A stretch of DNA of 64,000 bases from an uncultured Nitrospiraceae bacterium (GCA_963734345.1 CAVTGT010000011.1:505334-569333); one strand, 5' to 3'; positions 36,215 through 46,643 are shown, numbered from the stretch's first letter. The notes: generated by a model from the sequence alone, not told the origin. Translations and numbers: made by a program.

Positions 36215-37797
36215 ATGGGCGAAACTCGTGTTGATTTGCTTCATCTGTTGGAAGATTTGCGTGATGCCTATCCGGGCGCGCTCGAAGAAACCATTCTCAC
36301 GGAAATCGTGGCCAATTCTTTGGATTCCGGAGCCAGCCGGATCATGATGGAGGCAAATCCATCAGAAGGCACGCTGATGGTGAGGGATAACGGATCGGGC
36401 ATGCAGCGGAAGGATTTGGCCCGCTATCATGACATTGCCTCCAGTACCAAACGACGTGGCCAAGGCATCGGCTTTGCCGGCGTTGGCATCAAACTCGGGT
36501 TGTTGGTGTGTCGGGAGGTGCTGACGGAGACTCAGCGAGGTCAGACTCATGTCTCGACGACGTGGCATTTATCGTCGCGGCACCGGGCTCCCTGGAAATG
36601 GGTGCCTCCAATAGGCATGGTGATCCAGCAGGGAACCGCAGTCCGTCTTAGCCTTCAAAATGTTCTCTCCCCACTGTTGGATCAGGGGTTTTTAGGCGGA
36701 GTTGTCTCCAGACATTTTCAACCGTTGCTGGATCCCACGTTTTCCACCATCCTGCATTCCCACTATTCGAAAGGCGTGGTCTTTGAAATTAATGGAATAG
36801 AGCTGACCTCTCAACGGTTTGAGGCTCCGGTCCACGCGCCTTTGCAAATTCGTCTGTTGCGAAAACGGAAACCCTCGGCGGTGGGATATCTGGTGCGAAC
36901 CGAACATCCTCTGCCCGATGATCTTCAAGGATTAGCCATCAGTACTTTCGGCAAAGTTATCAAGTCAGGGTGGGATTGGTTGGGTGTCACCCCACAGGCT
37001 CGTGAATGCATTTCCGGCCTGATTGAAGTTCCGGATCTTGCCGCAAGTCTGACGCTGAATAAAGGAGATTTTATTCGAGTGGGGGCACGAGGCGCGACGT
37101 ATTTGGCCTACCGGAAGGCTATCCAGGAAGCCGTTCAACGGCACCTTTCAGAATGGGGAGTGGGGGATAGTCCGGTCGAAGAAACGCCGCCCCGCCAAAT
37201 CCGTCCGCTGGAGCGGGACCTTGAGCGAGTACTGGAAGACCTCTCCGATCTCTTTCCGCTCCTGGGTTCCTTGGTGGAACATCGGAAGGGTGGGCAGAAA
37301 CGGTTGCCGTTGGGCATGCCGGGATCGGTTCAAGACCTGCGTGCCGTCATGACCACTGGAGAGGCGACCCGGAAGTCGGACGGTGAAGAAGAATTAGTCG
37401 TCCACGCCCCGGCTGAGGACAGGGGTGAGGAGACATCGGATGAACCTGGCGAGCCGGAAGAAGAGGCGTCGGTGGTGTCTGATCTTTTGTTGCCGGACCG
37501 TGGCAGTCCCAGGCGTCCGGCCCGTTTTGGGCTCGGTATTCAATTTGAAGATCGGGAAGGTGATCAGGAAATTGGACGGTTGGTGGAATCAACCGTATGG
37601 GTGAATCGCGTTCATCCAGCCTATCAACGAGCGGTGGCGACGCGGTCGGTGGGCTATCATATCGCCCTGGCGGTGGGATTGGCCTTGGCGCCGCTGGCCG
37701 TGGAGCCTGCTCAAACGAGCATGCCTTTCTCACCGCCTTTCTCTCCTGTTGGGGGGAGGCCAGCCTTCCTAAAAAATCAAAGAAACGCAAGCGGTAA
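36215..37797 (+). pseudogene. GHKL (HATPase_c_3 / MORC-Hsp90-like) ATPase, frameshifted 28 codons before its stop
   Basis: N box EIVANSLDSGA, G1 box RDNGSGM, G2 box GQGIGFAGVGIK. The frame breaks at the A-run 37713-37715. The alternative frame gives ..EHAFLTAFLSCWGEASLPKKSKKRKR*, ending at 37797. Confidence 0.7.
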
Positions 37798-37968
37798 AAG
37801 ATTGTCGGTGGTAAGTGGCGGGATAAAGGGTTGTTTAATCCTGTTCTGTATTCTCGATTTCCATTACCACCGGACAATGATCAGAAAGGTGTCGATAGGC
37901 GAGAGGATACTCACCACGAATGCGTTGACAGGTGGCGACGGCACAGTATCCAGTGACGACTGTATCAG
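37723..37968. repeat. copy 1 of a ~245-bp diverged direct repeat (GHKL 3' end + spacer + remnant of the EEP nuclease 3' end)
   Basis: On the minus strand, 37845-37968 translates to ..VVTGYCAVATCQRIRGEYPLAYRHLSDHCPVVMEIENTEQD*. The intact gene reads ..TVTGYCAVAGCQRIRGKYPLAYRQLSDHCPVVLEIENTDKD*. Confidence 0.8.
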
Positions 37969-37980
37969 CAATGTGCGGAC

Positions 37981-38670
37981 ATGGGAAACGACGGTTGTCA
38001 GCTTGCCATGGGTCAGCTCAACGAGTTCGGCGAGGGCGTACCGAAGAACGAGAAACAAGCGGCAAGCTGGTATCGAAAATCTGCGGATCAAGGCAATGCC
38101 ATCGGACAAAAAACGCTTGGACTTCTTTATGAACTCGGAAAGGGCGTGCCGGAAAACTGGACCGAAGCGGCTCGGCTATACGCCAAGGGCGCGGAGAAAT
38201 TTCAAGATTCGGCGTTTGCCTTAGGGCGCATGTATGAATTTGACATGGCCGTTCCGCAAAACCGCGCGGTCGCGATCCAATGGTTTAAGAAAGCCGCCGA
38301 TATGGGACATCCCAAGGGAGCCTATTGGCCCCGTTGGTTGAACGATTACAGCAACTGCATCGGCTTTCGAGACCAACAGGAGCAGAACGCGATCCGGGGC
38401 CTTCGCTGTCCGGCCGATCCGGTCGGCGTCATCTTTCGCAACAGCCGCGAGCGGGCGGCCTACATAGAGCAGAAGGCCAAGGAGTTTGACGCGATCGAAG
38501 CGCAGGCGGCTGCGGCCCAGGCGGCGAGGGTGGGGCGCAAAATAACTATGAATGTAACAGCGCCGGAGGAAATTGGACGGCGGATAGGCAAGCAACATTT
38601 GGAGGCCGCTGCAATTAGCCGAAGCGTGAAGCGGAAGCGCTTGTCTGTAGTGGGCCGCGTGTCTTCGTAG
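37981..38670 (+). CDS. Sel1-repeat (SLR) protein, probably 5'-truncated
   Basis: Repeats of the form ..GVPKNEKQAASWYRKSADQGNAIGQ.. with no signal peptide. It begins immediately after the repeat junction. Confidence 0.6.
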   Translation: MGNDGCQLAMGQLNEFGEGVPKNEKQAASWYRKSADQGNAIGQKTLGLLYELGKGVPENWTEAARLYAKGAEKFQDSAFALGRMYEFDMAVPQNRAVAIQWFKKAADMGHPKGAYWPRWLNDYSNCIGFRDQQEQNAIRGLRCPADPVGVIFRNSRERAAYIEQKAKEFDAIEAQAAAAQAARVGRKITMNVTAPEEIGRRIGKQHLEAAAISRSVKRKRLSVVGRVSS

Positions 38671-38888
38671 AGAATCGGCTTTCTTGAGCCCTTCCGCGAA
38701 AATTTAGCGTTCAGGCGATGGAGGTCAGGCCGGTTTCCGATTCCAGAAGGGCGGCAGCGGGTAGCTGCGGTCGCCATAGCCGAATTCCTCATATGCGCTC
38801 TGTAATGCGCGAGCGACGGGTAGGTGGCTGGATGTAGGTGGGAAGCTCCGGATGCGGATACTCGCCGAAAGTCATCGGTCTTGGTGGG

Positions 38889-40772
38889 TCAGTAGCGCCG
38901 CCAGCCGCCTTTGCCGCGGGTCCCGCTCTCGGTTGGACTGAACCGGCGGGAATTCTCATTCGCCGAGGCCCGATTCAGAAAGCTCCGCCAGCCATAGAGC
39001 TGCTGCTGATCAGAGATCTTCTCGAAACACTTCACCGCCGCCGCCGCAACGCGATGAGTTTTCCACAGATCGTCACGCGGACGCTGATAGGCATTGGCGC
39101 CGCCGGTCCGGGCGCGGCCGTCATAGTCCAACAGCTTTCGGAAATGCTCTGCTGCCTTGTCGCACTGTCCAAGGCCCGCCAGCTCGACCGCCGCAAGAGC
39201 GCGGTTGGTGCGCATGAGCTCGCCGAAGGTCGGCGGTACCTGCCGGCGGTTCGCCGCCAGGTTCGGAAGCGGGAACATGGCTGTGTGAACGTGTTCCTGG
39301 AGTGCAGCATCCTTGAACCCGGATTCGACCGTTACATTTTGCAGGTAGAGGTCCGCCGCCTGCTGCGGATGTTGCGCGCTGACGAGTTCCGCGATGCGAC
39401 TGCGTAGCTCAATCGCCCGCCCGGTTTCGCTGACGTACCAGTACCCGGTATTGCGCAGCCATGAGCCTCCGCGCTGCCTGGCGTGAGCCTCTTCCAAGGC
39501 ATAGGCCGCCCGATAGAGTGCCAGGGCGGCGTCGCTCTTGCCCTGGGCCTCCGCGATCACGGCCATATACGCAATTGTGCGGGCGTCACCGGGATCGACG
39601 GATACCGCCTTGTCGAGAAAGCCCGATGCCTCGGTCTCCCGGCCCATGGCAATAAGATCCCACGCCCAATCCAACTGCGTCGCCGCCGTCGTGTGCTCCA
39701 GATTGCGTCCGACGGTTGCGTGCTCCATATACGCCTCAACCTGGTTTTGTTCGGAATAGGCATTGGCGAGGCTGTAGTGGTAGTGGCGCGTGGCAGGATC
39801 AAGCTTCACCGCCTTCTCCCACGACTTCGCGGCTGCCGGATAGTCTTTTGCAGCGAACGCCATCGAACCGACGAAGTCGTGGCTGGCGGCATCGTTGGAT
39901 AACGTCGTCAACGCCTTCCTGATATAACCAGCTGCAATCCCGTATAGATTGCCGGCCTGCGCATCATAGTTATTGGCCTTCGCCAGGTCCGCCGGCGACG
40001 GCCTCGCCACGTACTCGTAGACAACATTGCCGTACTTTTCCTCCCATCGGCGAGTCATAAGCAGGCTCATCGCCGCCGCCAGCCGCTGCGCCGCGGCAGC
40101 TCGCATGACGTCGCGCATCAGCTTGAGAACCTCGCGGTCGGTGGTCCCGGTCGCAATGGCGCGCCGCAAATACCGTTCGGCATTCGCCCACATATCGACG
40201 CGGATCTCCATCCGTGCCAGTCCGGCCAGGGAGGGTACGTGATTCGGATTGAGCGTCAGCGCCTGGGTGAATATTTGTCGGGCCTGTTGGAGCTCGGCTT
40301 CCTTGAGAGCCTTTCCTTGCTGGCGGTAAGAGATTATGTAGCGTGTCGGCTCAACGGAATCGCCACGAGCGTCGATCTCATCGATGAGAAACCTCCCGAC
40401 CGCCGCCAGCCGATCGGTATCTTTAGGATGTGTACCCGCCGCCCACATGAGTTGGCGCTTCGTTTCCGAATAAGTTTCGTCGCCAAGCCGGCGCTCGGAG
40501 TTGGACGCCTTGAGGAGCTTCACCGCTGTCTCCACGAGCTGATCCACGGACTTGCCGACTCGAGCTGACTTGAGCAGGTCGGCGTGGAGTTGCGACGCCG
40601 GCTCCTTGGGAACAGTTCCCAGCGCAGTCTCGATCCGTTGCTGGGAGTTTCCAATCACCTTGAATTTATGCTTGCGGGTCGAGTTGGCGCGCGATCTCCA
40701 GATCGTGTTGGGCCTGTCGAGCTGCGCCCATCTCCGCCGCGCTGACGGCCCGAACCACGTAGCCCTCGACAA
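38889..40772 (-). CDS. TPR-repeat protein in the GC-rich block (start uncertain; may be fused to 40666-41082)
   Basis: Many TPR-like A..Y..AL.LDP units. There is no credible start codon near the 5' end of this frame. Confidence 0.55.
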   Translation of the reverse strand: MSRATWFGPSARRRWAQLDRPNTIWRSRANSTRKHKFKVIGNSQQRIETALGTVPKEPASQLHADLLKSARVGKSVDQLVETAVKLLKASNSERRLGDETYSETKRQLMWAAGTHPKDTDRLAAVGRFLIDEIDARGDSVEPTRYIISYRQQGKALKEAELQQARQIFTQALTLNPNHVPSLAGLARMEIRVDMWANAERYLRRAIATGTTDREVLKLMRDVMRAAAAQRLAAAMSLLMTRRWEEKYGNVVYEYVARPSPADLAKANNYDAQAGNLYGIAAGYIRKALTTLSNDAASHDFVGSMAFAAKDYPAAAKSWEKAVKLDPATRHYHYSLANAYSEQNQVEAYMEHATVGRNLEHTTAATQLDWAWDLIAMGRETEASGFLDKAVSVDPGDARTIAYMAVIAEAQGKSDAALALYRAAYALEEAHARQRGGSWLRNTGYWYVSETGRAIELRSRIAELVSAQHPQQAADLYLQNVTVESGFKDAALQEHVHTAMFPLPNLAANRRQVPPTFGELMRTNRALAAVELAGLGQCDKAAEHFRKLLDYDGRARTGGANAYQRPRDDLWKTHRVAAAAVKCFEKISDQQQLYGWRSFLNRASANENSRRFSPTESGTRGKGGWRRY

Positions 40773-41082
40773 ATGAGGGCTTCCAACTCAGCACGATCGA
40801 CATCTCCTGCCGCGCTTGTTCGTGCAAGCCCATCCCGGACATCGCGATGGCATAGCAGGCACGCGCCGTCATGTCGGTCGCAGATGTGTCGACGATCGGC
40901 TGAAGGGCGGCATAGGCCTGCGTAAACTCGTGCTTCAGCGCGAGATCGCAACCGCGTTTGGCCTGGCTGTCGCTGGCGGGGTTCAGGGTTGTCGCCGGGG
41001 GGACGATTTCAGCGGCACCTGCATGGCCTGCGATGCCCACGACGATCATCGCCAGGATTGCTGTGATGTGCAGCATGGACAC
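40666..41082 (-). CDS. signal-peptide TPR protein, or the N-terminal part of the downstream TPR gene
   Basis: Signal peptide (..GIAGHAGAAE) and TPR units. It overlaps the next ORF by about 100 nt in another frame. Confidence 0.5.
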   Translation of the reverse strand: MSMLHITAILAMIVVGIAGHAGAAEIVPPATTLNPASDSQAKRGCDLALKHEFTQAYAALQPIVDTSATDMTARACYAIAMSGMGLHEQARQEMSIVLSWKPSFVEGYVVRAVSAAEMGAARQAQHDLEIARQLDPQA

Positions 41083-41344
41083 CTCCGGATCGACCGGTCA
41101 GCGATCTTACAGGCTCTCACCAAAAGAGACAATCGAGAATAGGAATTTTAAAGGGGCTTTTTGGCGCGAAACGCCGCTCCTATTCAACTACCCGCGTCGA
41201 TTATGAGTTCGAACGAGAACACAGTGGGGCTTTTTGGCCTAGACATTAGATTGATCCACACTTAATTTGGCCATGACTGACATACTCCTCTAAAAAGAAT
41301 CTTTGATTCATTTTAAGGAACAATTCACCTAGCTATGATTTACT

Positions 41345-41659
41345 TGAAATTAAGGTACTACGGCAAAGAGTACAAAGGCACCGATCAACATGCATTTGTC
41401 AAAACCTGCCAGCAACATGGTATCGGCCAGAAATTTACTCGCGTTATATAGACCTCAAACCAATGGTAAAGCCGAACGCGTTATTCGTACTTTAATGGAC
41501 GGCTGGCATAACCAGCATACCTTCAAAGATGCTCAACACCGACATATTGAACCGATCCGCTTTATTAACTTCTATAACAATGCTAAACCTCATAAAGATT
41601 TGAATAATAAAGATTTGAATAACTCTACCACTTTATGCAATACTCTAAACCTTTTTTGA
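41345..41659 (+). mobile_element. IS481-like transposase 3' fragment (rve core), frameshifted
   Basis: ..YGKEYKGTDQHAFVKTCQQHGIGQKFTR is in one frame and YRPQTNGKAERVIRTL.. in another. The DNA is AT-rich, and a 15-nt tandem duplication lies at 41586-41615. Confidence 0.6.
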
Positions 41660-41714
41660 TCTATCAAACTGTAAACAACCCGAGTAATTCTTTCACATTA
41701 TTTAATATATTGAT

Positions 41715-42557
41715 ATGAATATGACGGCTAAAACACATCATCTTGTTAAGATTGCAAAACATCTACACTTGGAGGCTTGGCTGTACTCCTTTATCTATCG
41801 AGCATTCAGACAAATCAGTAAAAAGAATGGGGTACGCATTACAACCAATAACTATGGTTATTACCCTACCAAGATCGATGCCCATGAGAAATATCAGCTG
41901 CAACTGTATGATGAGTATGTCAATCTTTTGGAAGATGAAAATATAGAACAAGTATTAGAAATTGGTTGCGGTGCTGGTGGTGGCCTCAGGCACATGCAAT
42001 CACGTCTACCTCAAACAAATTTTACGGGTTTGGATTGTTGTAAGGAGGCGGTAAAGACTTGTAAATATTTTTTCGGTGAGCAACAAAAAAACATCAATCT
42101 TTACAATAATATCGAAGACATATTTACGTATGACAAAAAATTTGATGCCGTCATGAGTGTTGAAACAGGCCTATACAGAAATCCAGGTATTTTTGGCGAT
42201 ATTCATAAGCTGTTAAATGACAATGGTATTTTTATCTACTACGATAATACTAATTTTAGTAAATCAGATATGGTCATCAGATCTATAGAATCTCATGGTT
42301 TTAAAATAGATAGCATGAGAGACATTACTGAAAACGTATTTAAAGCATGTGAACACGACACCCCCAGACGGTTGGAAATTGTAAAAAAATATCTACCGAA
42401 ATATTTAAGACCATTTAATAGCGAGATACTACGTTATTTGTGCGTAAAAGATAGTCCACGCTATATCAATTTTGGTACCGGTAAAAAAAGAGCTTTTATG
42501 CTGAAAGCAAGGAAGCTCAGTACTCCTGTGGATCGTTCATCTACAGTTTTCGCCTGA
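41715..42557 (+). CDS. class I SAM-dependent methyltransferase (AT-rich, foreign composition)
   Basis: Motif I VLEIGCGAGGGL. A spot count gives 16/60 G+C at 41701-41760. Confidence 0.75.
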   Translation: MNMTAKTHHLVKIAKHLHLEAWLYSFIYRAFRQISKKNGVRITTNNYGYYPTKIDAHEKYQLQLYDEYVNLLEDENIEQVLEIGCGAGGGLRHMQSRLPQTNFTGLDCCKEAVKTCKYFFGEQQKNINLYNNIEDIFTYDKKFDAVMSVETGLYRNPGIFGDIHKLLNDNGIFIYYDNTNFSKSDMVIRSIESHGFKIDSMRDITENVFKACEHDTPRRLEIVKKYLPKYLRPFNSEILRYLCVKDSPRYINFGTGKKRAFMLKARKLSTPVDRSSTVFA

Positions 42558-42736
42558 ATACTGTAAACAACGCTAGAATTTCTTACAAATGATGCCTTTT
42601 GTTTGGATATAAGCTTTAATGTTTCGTCGCGTTCTTTCATACTGATAGCCTGAAGCATTGCATTACGGCGACGCGTATCACGATTATCATCCTTGGTCGC
42701 ATCAATAATCCATTGTTCTATCTCCACGATAATACA

Positions 42737-43150
42737 AATCTGGTCTTCCCCCGGTTTCACGGACAGGTTAAAGAAGACTTTTGAGAGTATTGCTCCATAA
42801 AATTTCTTGGGGCCAGTCCCTGAGTACAGGAGTGGCTCCGTCGGTGGTTATAAAACCGCTCGATGTAATCAAACACATCAGCTCGGGCTTTCGCCCGAGT
42901 TCCGTACTGCCGTCGGTGAACCCGTTCGCGTTTCAATAAGCCAAAGAAACTCTCCGCCACCGCATTGTCATAACAGTTCCCCACGCCGCTCATGCTACTC
43001 ACAATCCCATGGGCCTGCAGGAAGGCTTGAAACTCCTGTGCGGTATACTGTGTGCCTCGGTCCGAATGGAGGATCACCGTCTCCGGACTCCGTCGTTGCC
43101 ACACGGCCATCGCCCAATCAGCGGTCTGGGAAATGACAGACATCCGCCTC
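42737..43150 (-). mobile_element. IS3-family transposase OrfB fragment, 5'-truncated, no OrfA
   Basis: ..HSDRGTQYTAQEF..SMSGVGNCYDNAVAESFFGLLKRE..YIERFYNHRRSHS.. (DDE/rve core). Homology starts near 43145 and the stop is at 42757. Confidence 0.75.
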
Positions 43151-43193
43151 CTCGAACAATTTAGGGTGTCTACAATGAATAAACAAAAATGGC

Positions 43194-43877
43194 CTAGGAA
43201 AGCAGAGCCCACATGAAATAGGTACCGAATCCGATAGCGAGGAATCCGGCACTCACTTTCAGATTGTGATGCCATGATTGAGATACAAAAACAAACGGAA
43301 GACTGATCAGCCCACTCATCAGGAGCATGCCCCCAATCGAGCCAATACCGAATAATAGAATATAGATCATGCCCATTTCCATGGATGGCATAGTCGTCAG
43401 TACCGCAAGGCTCAAGGCGGCACTGCCTGCCATTCCATGCACAAAGCCCACTAACAAGACTTTGACGCGAGAACCGCGCGGATGATGGTAATGGCTGGCA
43501 TGATCCTGACCATGAACATGAATATGTGAATGGGTCATTTCCTCATGATGATGTTCATGAAGGTGAGCCGTCCATGGCTGGAGGGTCCTCCACAGAAGGT
43601 GAACACCCAAAGCCACAATCATGGCTCCGACCATCACATCCATATGGGCTGCCATTTGTTCCGGAATCGTCCACTTGAGACTTAACACCAGATAGCCGAC
43701 GAGTGCTAAGGCGCACGTATGTCCGACTCCCCAGATCGCTCCTAAAAAAGCCGAACGACGGATATCCCGTGATTCTGAAGCCAACGTTCCCATGGCAATG
43801 AGGTGGTCCGGGTCGAGCGCGTGCGTCATGCCCAACGTTAAGCCCAGCAACCATGAGGTGATGATTAAATGATCCAT
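43194..43877 (-). CDS. nickel/cobalt transporter (NicO/RcnA/UreH-like)
   Basis: HALDPDH signature, His-rich central loop (HLHEHHHEEMTHSHIHVHGQDHASHYHH), about 6 TM helices. Confidence 0.7.
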   Translation of the reverse strand: MDHLIITSWLLGLTLGMTHALDPDHLIAMGTLASESRDIRRSAFLGAIWGVGHTCALALVGYLVLSLKWTIPEQMAAHMDVMVGAMIVALGVHLLWRTLQPWTAHLHEHHHEEMTHSHIHVHGQDHASHYHHPRGSRVKVLLVGFVHGMAGSAALSLAVLTTMPSMEMGMIYILLFGIGSIGGMLLMSGLISLPFVFVSQSWHHNLKVSAGFLAIGFGTYFMWALLS

Positions 43878-44292
43878 GTGAAAATCTGACCTGGATTTTA
43901 TATTTTGTCCAGCCCGGTACTCTTGACTGCTCTCATCATGAAATACGAAGGATCTGAGGAATGGCCCTCTTCAGTTCTCAAAGGTCTGCTGTGGATTCAT
44001 CAATCGGGCGTTGACCCATTACATCATCCTCCATATCACTATTCCAGCAAACGGTTTCTATCAGATTTGACCCCTCGGTCCGCTCATCATAATCTAACGC
44101 CCTATGAAAAATCTTAGGGTGTTTACGTTATTGGGATCGATAACACACAAACCTTAATAAAGGGGAACATCCCAATCTCTGAAATGCTCATTTTGCCGGG
44201 GACATCATGCAAAATGGAGCGAAGCCGAGATTCTGATCACAGAATATTGGCGGTGGCCTCTGGCGCGGATGGGCAACTCCTTAATGCTGCGA

Positions 44293-45153
44293 TCATTGCG
44301 AGCCGCCACGGCGTTGAATCTCCTGTAGGTCGTTCTTCAATTGCTCCAGGTCTCGCTCCTGCTTGTGGACCTTTTCCTGCAGGGCACGAAGGGCGGGGTC
44401 TTCCGACACGGATTCCCCTTGGACGGGAACGGTCTTCTGGTTATTTGGTGTAATAGCAGTCTCGCGGCTGTGGGTAGGCGAAGGTGTTTCCGTCTGTCGG
44501 ATCAGGGAGTGGGCTGGCTGTTCACGGGCCTCTTGCAACGTTTCGAGAAGCGGATAATTGATCGCCAGGGTAACCTCGTCAGGGTGGCTCGGCTTCTGCG
44601 GAGACTTGTCGGGCCTAAGGGTTTCCTCAGGTGCGAAAAGCACGGTCTGATTACCAAGGCCTGTCGGGTCGGGGGCCTGACGGTCATCCACGTAAACAAA
44701 ATTTATTCCCTCGTGTTTCTGTGTGAAGTGGGTGATGGTTAGAAAAAGCAGGTCTTCGTGGAGAGAGAGAGTCCCCGCCGTCATCCTTGAACCGTATTCC
44801 CAAGGATAGATCCGTTGAAAGACTATCTGCTCTTCCGGGGTTGCCTGCGACAAGGCGGAGAGAATGTGCGGAGTCAGGAGCTCCACGTCTTCATCGGAGA
44901 AAATTCTCTTGGGCCCTTGTTGCCCACTGAGATGTTTGTCGAGTTCGGCTTTTAGCTTTTGCACGCGCAACCCCCGTAGCGCTCCGTGGATCACGGTCTG
45001 CGAGAGAGTAGCTGGATGGGAGGCGCGAAAGGAGGCTTGCGGGACCCACTCCAGATAAACGCGGCTGGTCTCATTCTGGTGAAGGGGAGTGCGTATGCCG
45101 GATCCGGTACAGCCAAGAAGGAATGCACAAGCGACAACGCCTGCCAAGGTCAT
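44293..45153 (-). CDS. lipoprotein, unknown function
   Basis: Lipobox LLGC after the internal ATG (MTLAGVVACAFLLGC). Confidence 0.6.
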   Translation of the reverse strand: MTLAGVVACAFLLGCTGSGIRTPLHQNETSRVYLEWVPQASFRASHPATLSQTVIHGALRGLRVQKLKAELDKHLSGQQGPKRIFSDEDVELLTPHILSALSQATPEEQIVFQRIYPWEYGSRMTAGTLSLHEDLLFLTITHFTQKHEGINFVYVDDRQAPDPTGLGNQTVLFAPEETLRPDKSPQKPSHPDEVTLAINYPLLETLQEAREQPAHSLIRQTETPSPTHSRETAITPNNQKTVPVQGESVSEDPALRALQEKVHKQERDLEQLKNDLQEIQRRGGSQ

Positions 45154-45392
45154 GCGACTCACATCCACAGCGCTGACTCTCACGTTTTCTCCTTGTTAGC
45201 ATCATCATCGGCGTTGGGTCGATTGGCGCGCAAATATACCATAAGCCACGGGGACACAACCATCAGGCTTGTCCCCCCATAATTTATATGCCGGAGAGCG
45301 GAAGTTTGATTTGTTCAATTATATTGTTGACAATTTTTTTGGCTTTTCACATAGTACCGGCCTCGTATGAAACCCAGCTGAATTAATCCGAT

Positions 45393-46628
45393 ATGAAACA
45401 AATTCTTATGAGCTTGGATTCGAAGATTGATTATCTGCGGATGATTAAGTCGTGCGCCATTCTCGTCATGTTCATCGCGATCGTGGTGAACGCGCCGGTT
45501 GTGCACGGAGCAGGAAAGATTGAAATCGACGACACAAAGTGGATTAGTGTGGGTCTTGGTCTGAGGACGAGTTTTTTCACGCAGGAAGATGCGGCGTCGA
45601 ACGGATCGAATTGGAGTAATAACTTCCAATTGGACAATCTTCGTCTGTATGTGAATGGGCAGATTCATCAATATATCAAGGTTGAATTTAACACGGAATG
45701 TAACAATTGCGTCTCCTCCAATAATATACAGGGCGGAACGATAATCGTCCTTGACGCCATCGGGAAGTTTGAATTCAACCAGTACTTCAATATCTGGGCA
45801 GGGCGCCAGTTGGTTCCACAACACCGGGGAGAACTCTCCGGCCCGTTTTTTCAAAGTACCTTTGACTTTGTTGAAACGCCGTTTTACACCTCGGATTTCT
45901 CCGGGTCTATCGGACAGGGTGGGCGGTTTGGCCGCGATGACGGTGTGAACCTTTGGGGAGCCTTAACTCCGGATAGGAGATTGACCTATGTCGTGGGTAT
46001 CTTTGGAGGGCATGGTGGCGCGTCGAATCAGTCGGACAATCTTCTCTATGCCGGACGGATCAGTTACAACTTCCTCAATGTCGAAAAGAATCCCGGTTAT
46101 TACACCAGCAGCACGTATTACGGAAAGGGCGGCGATATATTGACCGCGGCCTATGTGATCCAATATCAAAACGATGGCGCCGGCACGCAGGCCTCCCCTT
46201 CGACCTTTTACGGAATGAATGGGGATCTGTTGTTCGAAAAGGTTCTGCCCGACAAGGGCGTTCTGACCCTGGAGGGTGAACTCAAGTATTTCAATCCCAA
46301 CCTGAGCGCCCAGGCGTTGGCAGACCCCAATTGTTTCTGCCTGTTCTCCGGCGTTTCCTGGATGGCAACCGGACTATATCTTTTTCCCCAAAAAGTCGGG
46401 ATAGGGCAATTTCAGCCTTTCGTGCGTTATGTGGACACCAATCCTAATGAGAGCTCCTCTCGATACCTGGTCGAGGGAGGCCTGAACTATGTGATTGATG
46501 GACATAACGCAAGGATTTCGCTGTTTTATCAATATGGCGATTTTTTAACCAAAGGCAGGACCTATACGCCCGGTGTCAGTGGCGATGCGGTCAGCGCTGT
46601 GGGGTTGGGTCTTCAACTCCAACTGTGA
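45393..46628 (+). CDS. outer-membrane porin, possibly a short-chain amide/urea (FmdC-like) porin
   Basis: Signal peptide (..APVVHGAG; alternative start at 45441), beta-barrel pattern. A urea transporter remnant lies downstream. Confidence 0.55.
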   Translation: MKQILMSLDSKIDYLRMIKSCAILVMFIAIVVNAPVVHGAGKIEIDDTKWISVGLGLRTSFFTQEDAASNGSNWSNNFQLDNLRLYVNGQIHQYIKVEFNTECNNCVSSNNIQGGTIIVLDAIGKFEFNQYFNIWAGRQLVPQHRGELSGPFFQSTFDFVETPFYTSDFSGSIGQGGRFGRDDGVNLWGALTPDRRLTYVVGIFGGHGGASNQSDNLLYAGRISYNFLNVEKNPGYYTSSTYYGKGGDILTAAYVIQYQNDGAGTQASPSTFYGMNGDLLFEKVLPDKGVLTLEGELKYFNPNLSAQALADPNCFCLFSGVSWMATGLYLFPQKVGIGQFQPFVRYVDTNPNESSSRYLVEGGLNYVIDGHNARISLFYQYGDFLTKGRTYTPGVSGDAVSAVGLGLQLQL

Positions 46629-46643
46629 GGCAGGGGATCTGAC

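Noticed and set aside
37798-38224. C-terminal 140 or so residues of the supplied 669-aa ORF (36215-38224)
   Set aside because: This is read-through caused by the frameshift at 37713-37715. It translates the spacer, the antisense of the EEP remnant and an alternate frame of the Sel1 gene. The natural stop is at 37795-37797 in the other frame.
38838-40776. Numerous 60-190-aa ORFs in all frames across the TPR gene
   Set aside because: The GC-rich segment has few stop codons in any frame, and only the TPR frame shows repeat periodicity.
42461-42760. 99-aa minus-strand ORF spanning the methyltransferase 3' end and the IS3 junction
   Set aside because: It overlaps the end of a credible gene and crosses a compositional junction. 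Part of it may be a relic of something, but I cannot assign it.
45315-45854. 179-aa minus-strand ORF overlapping the porin gene start
   Set aside because: The plus-strand porin frame has a signal peptide and beta-barrel periodicity, whereas the antisense ORF has neither signals nor motifs.
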